A stretch of 64,000 bases of DNA from Lingula anatina (Eukaryota > Animalia > Brachiopoda). Position numbers and translations under genes: made by a program. The stretch spans positions 20,708,001 through 20,772,000 of the forward strand of contig CM120641.1 of assembly GCA_051362555.1 (NCBI GenBank), in the 5' to 3' direction. This document shows positions 59,567 through 64,000 of this stretch, piece by piece. The notes under the pieces are model-generated. The model did no database searches. It was not told the origin of the DNA and saw only the letters and a program-made list of their open reading frames with translations. Each line of letters starts with the position of its first letter. Positions within the stretch are counted from its first letter, which is position 1.

Positions 59567-60147
59567 CTAAAAGAGAAGAACTTCATATAGGCATTTTGGC
59601 TTGCGTTTTACAGGGTTATTTTGTCCCTCCAGGAAGGAGCGCAGTCAGGTAATGTTAAAAAGACGGTGTGCAGATTTTTGGTACTAACAGTTCATAACTC
59701 ACCACCTAAAAGATAGTTAGTATTCATGCTTTTATTTTTCATTCTTTTAGTAATTTTCACTTCATTTCATTTAATTTTTTACAAGACCAGCATTAGTCTC
59801 CACCGACTTTCTCGCCTGGCATGCGCATAAGTCCTGCTGCATGAGTGAGGCAATAGAAATTGTAAAAAAAAAAAAGTTTACAAATTTACACGACTGGCAA
59901 TGTCCTGGTTACGTTGTTTTACTGTTTTATGTTAAATGGTTGTGGTTTAAAGATAATGGTGTAGGACATTTTGATTGATATGAAGAAGGAAAACGAGACA
60001 GGAACCCCGTATATTTAACCTTTAAAGAAACACAATGAAAATAAATTCCCCTTCGTTTTTTTTTTCAACAAGTTTAAATCGACTACCAAAAAGCACAAGA
60101 TAGATTTATAGACAGAGACAGGAAATTAGAGAGATATACATGTATAT

Positions 60148-60198
60148 AGATGGATGGATGGATGGATGGATGGATGGATTGACGGACAGACAGATAGG
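60148..60198. repeat. (GATG)n/(GACA)n microsatellite
   Basis: Directly visible. Confidence 0.9.
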
Positions 60199-61445
60199 AC
60201 TACAGAGTATCTAAATTTATGTAAAAAATATCAGGTCACCACACAGTAGCCAACGCCTCAGGTTACGATTAATACACTTTGTGTAAATGGACATAGTTTA
60301 TCTTTTTAAAATAGGTGACTTGGGCAATCCAATTATAGGTGACAAATTAGAATTGTCTGTATTCAAATTTGAAAAATAATGACGTGTTTAAATATGGTAC
60401 TGTAACAACCATCTCTAGCGAAGAAGATATTTGAATCATATTATATATGCAAGCATTTTAGTTAACTTTAAGTCACAAAATAGCTTTGAAACAGTGCTAA
60501 TAAACCAAACTGAATTTTTTTGTCAGGAAATGTTTTATCGGGCCTTAAGCGGGACCCCAGTCATTTTTTACGATTCAACGCTTCATAAAGACGCCGTAAG
60601 GACTTGTTCATCGTAATTATTAACTTTTTTCGTGTGTTATTCTAACGATTACGTATGTGTATAAAGACTTTTTGTCTTTTTGTGAAGTCTTTGGAATGAA
60701 TTATGGACGATCCGATGGGGGAGAAATTGCTTACGTGATACATTAAGAATTTTAACGAGAAAACAGATTATATATGAGCAGAAGTGAAGACGTGCTTCGA
60801 TATACGAGACTACTGTGAAAATATCAAAGTTGTTGAAAAAAGAACGTGTGCCAGAAAACAATCCACTTACCCCTGCTCTCAATCCAGACCACAACAGCAT
60901 ACAATACACCAGCCGGCAGATCAGCGACATTTTCAGCCATACAACATAGAACACTCCGCACCGGTGAAATTAGAGCGGCTAAAAAAGCTGTTCGAAATAG
61001 CATGTGGTTTAAATCGAATCAGCTTAATGAAACCAGTTTAATTTGACCTCTAGTTTACTCCTCTCGCTGAATAAATACGCTGGTTTCCGTAAGACGCAGC
61101 GTTTTGTTAATTCAAGTATTTTTCCAGTATTTTTAAAGATATTTCGTTTCACTCGCCAAGTGAATGCTTAAACGTAGATGAAGTGGTCCAAGTGAACCAA
61201 ACTTTTGTTTTCAGGCTCGGATAACGCCTTCGACGGAGAGAAAAAATGTGTTCACGCTTAAACAGACCACTGACACGAAATGTCTTCTTTAATAGCTTTC
61301 ATACCAACGCGAACGGTAAATGGCAGCGCGGCACCACTCTTGCAAATCATTCCCAGTCCCCATATATAAGAATAACGTATCTTATATGTGCTTCCTATAA
61401 AGCTCTCACTTAAATTAAAGAAACAGAATATATTTGTTTACTCAC

Positions 61446-61722
61446 CTGTGATATAATCTATGTCGAATGAGTTTACATGCGCAAACCCGGCGTAACGCTG
61501 GGAAAGTTTTGACCTATATGTTGCTGCTACACGTGTTCGAATATAATCTTATAACGGATCAATTGTTGCTGCTCAACGAAGTTAAATTCAGAAATCATAT
61601 TGCCTATGTCCCGCGTTGTTGCTCCTGCATACGGTAATGCTACCAGTAATTTAATTTCTATGTTAGCAAATCGAATCTTATTATCTATTTCTGTATGCTT
61701 CAGGTAAAACTGCCAGGGAACC
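61446..61722 (-). pseudogene. Possible disabled upstream exon of the Ig gene
   Basis: Bounded by acceptor CTCTCCAG| and donor CAG|GTGAGT. Reads VPWQFYLKHTEIDNKIRFANIEIKLL...LIRYKIIFEHV*QQHIGQ with an in-frame TAG and no frame open throughout. Confidence 0.35.
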
Positions 61723-62944
61723 TGGAGAGCAAGGTTTTAGTTTCACTTGCTTTACCCCTAAAAAACTCCACTCTTTCCTCAGTCTTGTATTCAAGTTTTC
61801 TGAAGTTAGATCGGTGAGCAATCAGAAACTGCAGAATAATTATATCCTACCTGGTACTGTTTATGTTAGCGGGTTCAAGGTAAGAACTGACAAGTAGGTC
61901 CAAGGGTACTATATCATCACTTTTTTTTAATCATCTTGAGTCGCAAACAAAATCACTAATAACACTTCTACAGTAAAAAGAAAGCAACAAGCAAAACAAA
62001 ATTAAATTCACAAAGAATCAGCGGACTCGATTTCATGTTTTACGAAAGGCAAAAGGGGCGACTAATCAGTGAGGAATACGCCAAGGGGTGGATATTAATT
62101 GCGATTGTGACTTTTATCCCTTTTAATCCTTTAACAGTTTTCATAATTTCAAAATTCAAATGCGTTTTCCAAATTTTATTTCCAATTTAGGATCCTCCAA
62201 CCAAAATCCATTACGATCCCTCCCAGTTGCGAACCTCCATTATTGATCTCGAGTTTCGAAGTTTAATAGACATTTTTACAATTGCTGAAGTTTAAATGTT
62301 TTAAACTTGGCTTATGTACTACATATCATTGTTATCAGTTACAAAACTTGTTTATATTGATTTTTAAAAATTCACCTTTTGCAAATCTTGTGTCGAAACT
62401 GGCAAGTGAAAATACAAATGCGACGCTGCATTGTCGTGCGGATTGTATTTAATTGCACCGCTACCGCAATCAATTGGAAGCCCAACGGCAAACAAAGTAT
62501 GTCGACATAAGTTTCTTTCGTAATTGTGAACAGATGTTAAGACAGCCCATCTTCTCTAAGGAGACTAAGGGTTTTCTCCGTATTTGGCATGACGCTTCCA
62601 ACCTTCCTCAGATGTGATCAAAGACCTTTGAAGGAGTGTCAAACCGTTATGACTCATTAGCAAAACCATGTTTACTCTCTTCAGATAGGATCTATTTTTT
62701 ATGAAACTAACATGGCGTGCTAGGATAACATGTTTTTAAATATATATGAATATCAAAGTTAAATTAAACCTGACAAAGCGACAACCCTTATTGCAGGTTG
62801 CAAAGCCAGGGAAGATTGTGATGTATGGAAATGATAAATAATACATGTGATTTATTCTTTTGAAACGGTGGGAATTATTAAATTGATATGAGACTTAAGT
62901 GAGATTTGCCGAAAATGCTTACCCCCCCTCCCCACACAAACACA

Positions 62945-64000
62945 CAAAAAGAATAATACATCAGCCATTACCATCCAAAGTGAGAGATAAAAAAGAAATA
63001 CGAGTAGATATGTTTGTTTCCAAAATCACCTAATCTCCAACCACGCAAATTCAAATGTCTCATACGTTGTCCAAATTTTTGCTCTTTGTATTTTTTAAAA
63101 TGCTTTGTGTGTATGCCTCAAAGGCATGATACGCCAAATTTAAGTTATGAATATAACGTATAATTTGGAAGTGAAAATACGTATGCGGGTGTAATCGTCT
63201 GTTATAAGTGAGAGAAGGACGACGACTGTCTGGAGCTTTCGAAAGTTTATTCACCTACTCCCTTTTTCATGCTATTTCACAAGTATTTATATTTATATAT
63301 TTATAATTCTCCGCACTGATCACACATTTACTTGTTTTTTCCATAGCCTATGCGTGATTACAAGGAATCCACCATCCTCATGTTGCAAGCCACCATTCAA
63401 CATATCCTTATAAGATTATTTGTAAGAGACTTGTTTTGAATTAAAAATATTTAAATTATTATTTGAATTACTCATTCATGGACCATACCCACCCTTAGAT
63501 TGCATGCGTTTTACACATGTCAGAAAAAAAACAATAATATATCAGCCATTGCCATCCAAAGTGAGAGATAAAAACGAAATACGAGTAGATATGTTAATTT
63601 CCAAAATCACCTAATCTCCTATCACGCAAATTCAAATATAGTTTTTTGGAATGTCTCATACGTTGTCCAAATATTTGCTCTTCGTATTTTTTAAAATGCT
63701 TTGTGTGTATGCCTCAAAGGCATGATACGCCAAATTTAAGTTATGAATATAACGTATAATTTGGAAGTGAAAATACGTAAGTGGATATAAACGTTCTGTT
63801 ATAAGTGAGGGAAGGACGACGACTGTCTGGAGGTTTCAAACGTTTATTCACCGACTGCCTTTTTCATACAATTTCACAAGTATTTCACAAGTACTTGTTT
63901 TGAATTAAAAATATTTAAATTATTATTTGAATTACTCATTCATGGACCATACCCACCCTTAGATTGCATGCGTTTTACACATGTCAGAAAAAAAACAATA
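62945..64000. repeat. Tandem duplication, ~580-bp unit, running off the window end
   Basis: atcagccatt(a/g)ccatccaaagtgagagataaaa at 62960 and 63541, colinear thereafter. The window ends in cagaaaaaaaacaata, the same sequence that ends copy 1. Confidence 0.92.

Noticed and set aside
60431-61046. Cluster of 60-100 aa ORFs
   Set aside because: No recognisable domains or consistent splice structure; probably intronic or repeat-derived.

Overview
AT-rich, gene-dense, intron-containing animal DNA. A lophotrochozoan such as a mollusc is my inference from gene style, not a proven assignment. Nine spliced protein-coding loci can be traced: a GST-fold gene with an acylation-type N-terminal extension (+), STAMBP/AMSH (-), WBP11 (-), EXOC7 (+), a CARD-NACHT NLR immune receptor (-), ADAP1/centaurin-alpha (+), NAT9 (-), TMEM104 (+) and a multi-Ig-domain gene with an apparently degenerate 5' part (-). 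Three pairs are head-to-head. The most notable observations are: (1) a ~1.67 kb inverted-repeat element with a target duplication sitting in the NLR NACHT exon, which carries splice sites that could remove it in frame; (2) two apparently duplicated, possibly mutually exclusive TMEM104 exons that each encode an acidic dileucine sorting motif; (3) a U12-type intron in EXOC7; (4) a Harbinger deletion derivative in NAT9; (5) a palindromic MITE directly after the TMEM104 stop; (6) a putatively lipid-anchored GST with an altered catalytic motif. Exon coordinates were read by eye and may be off by a few bases. No database searches were run.
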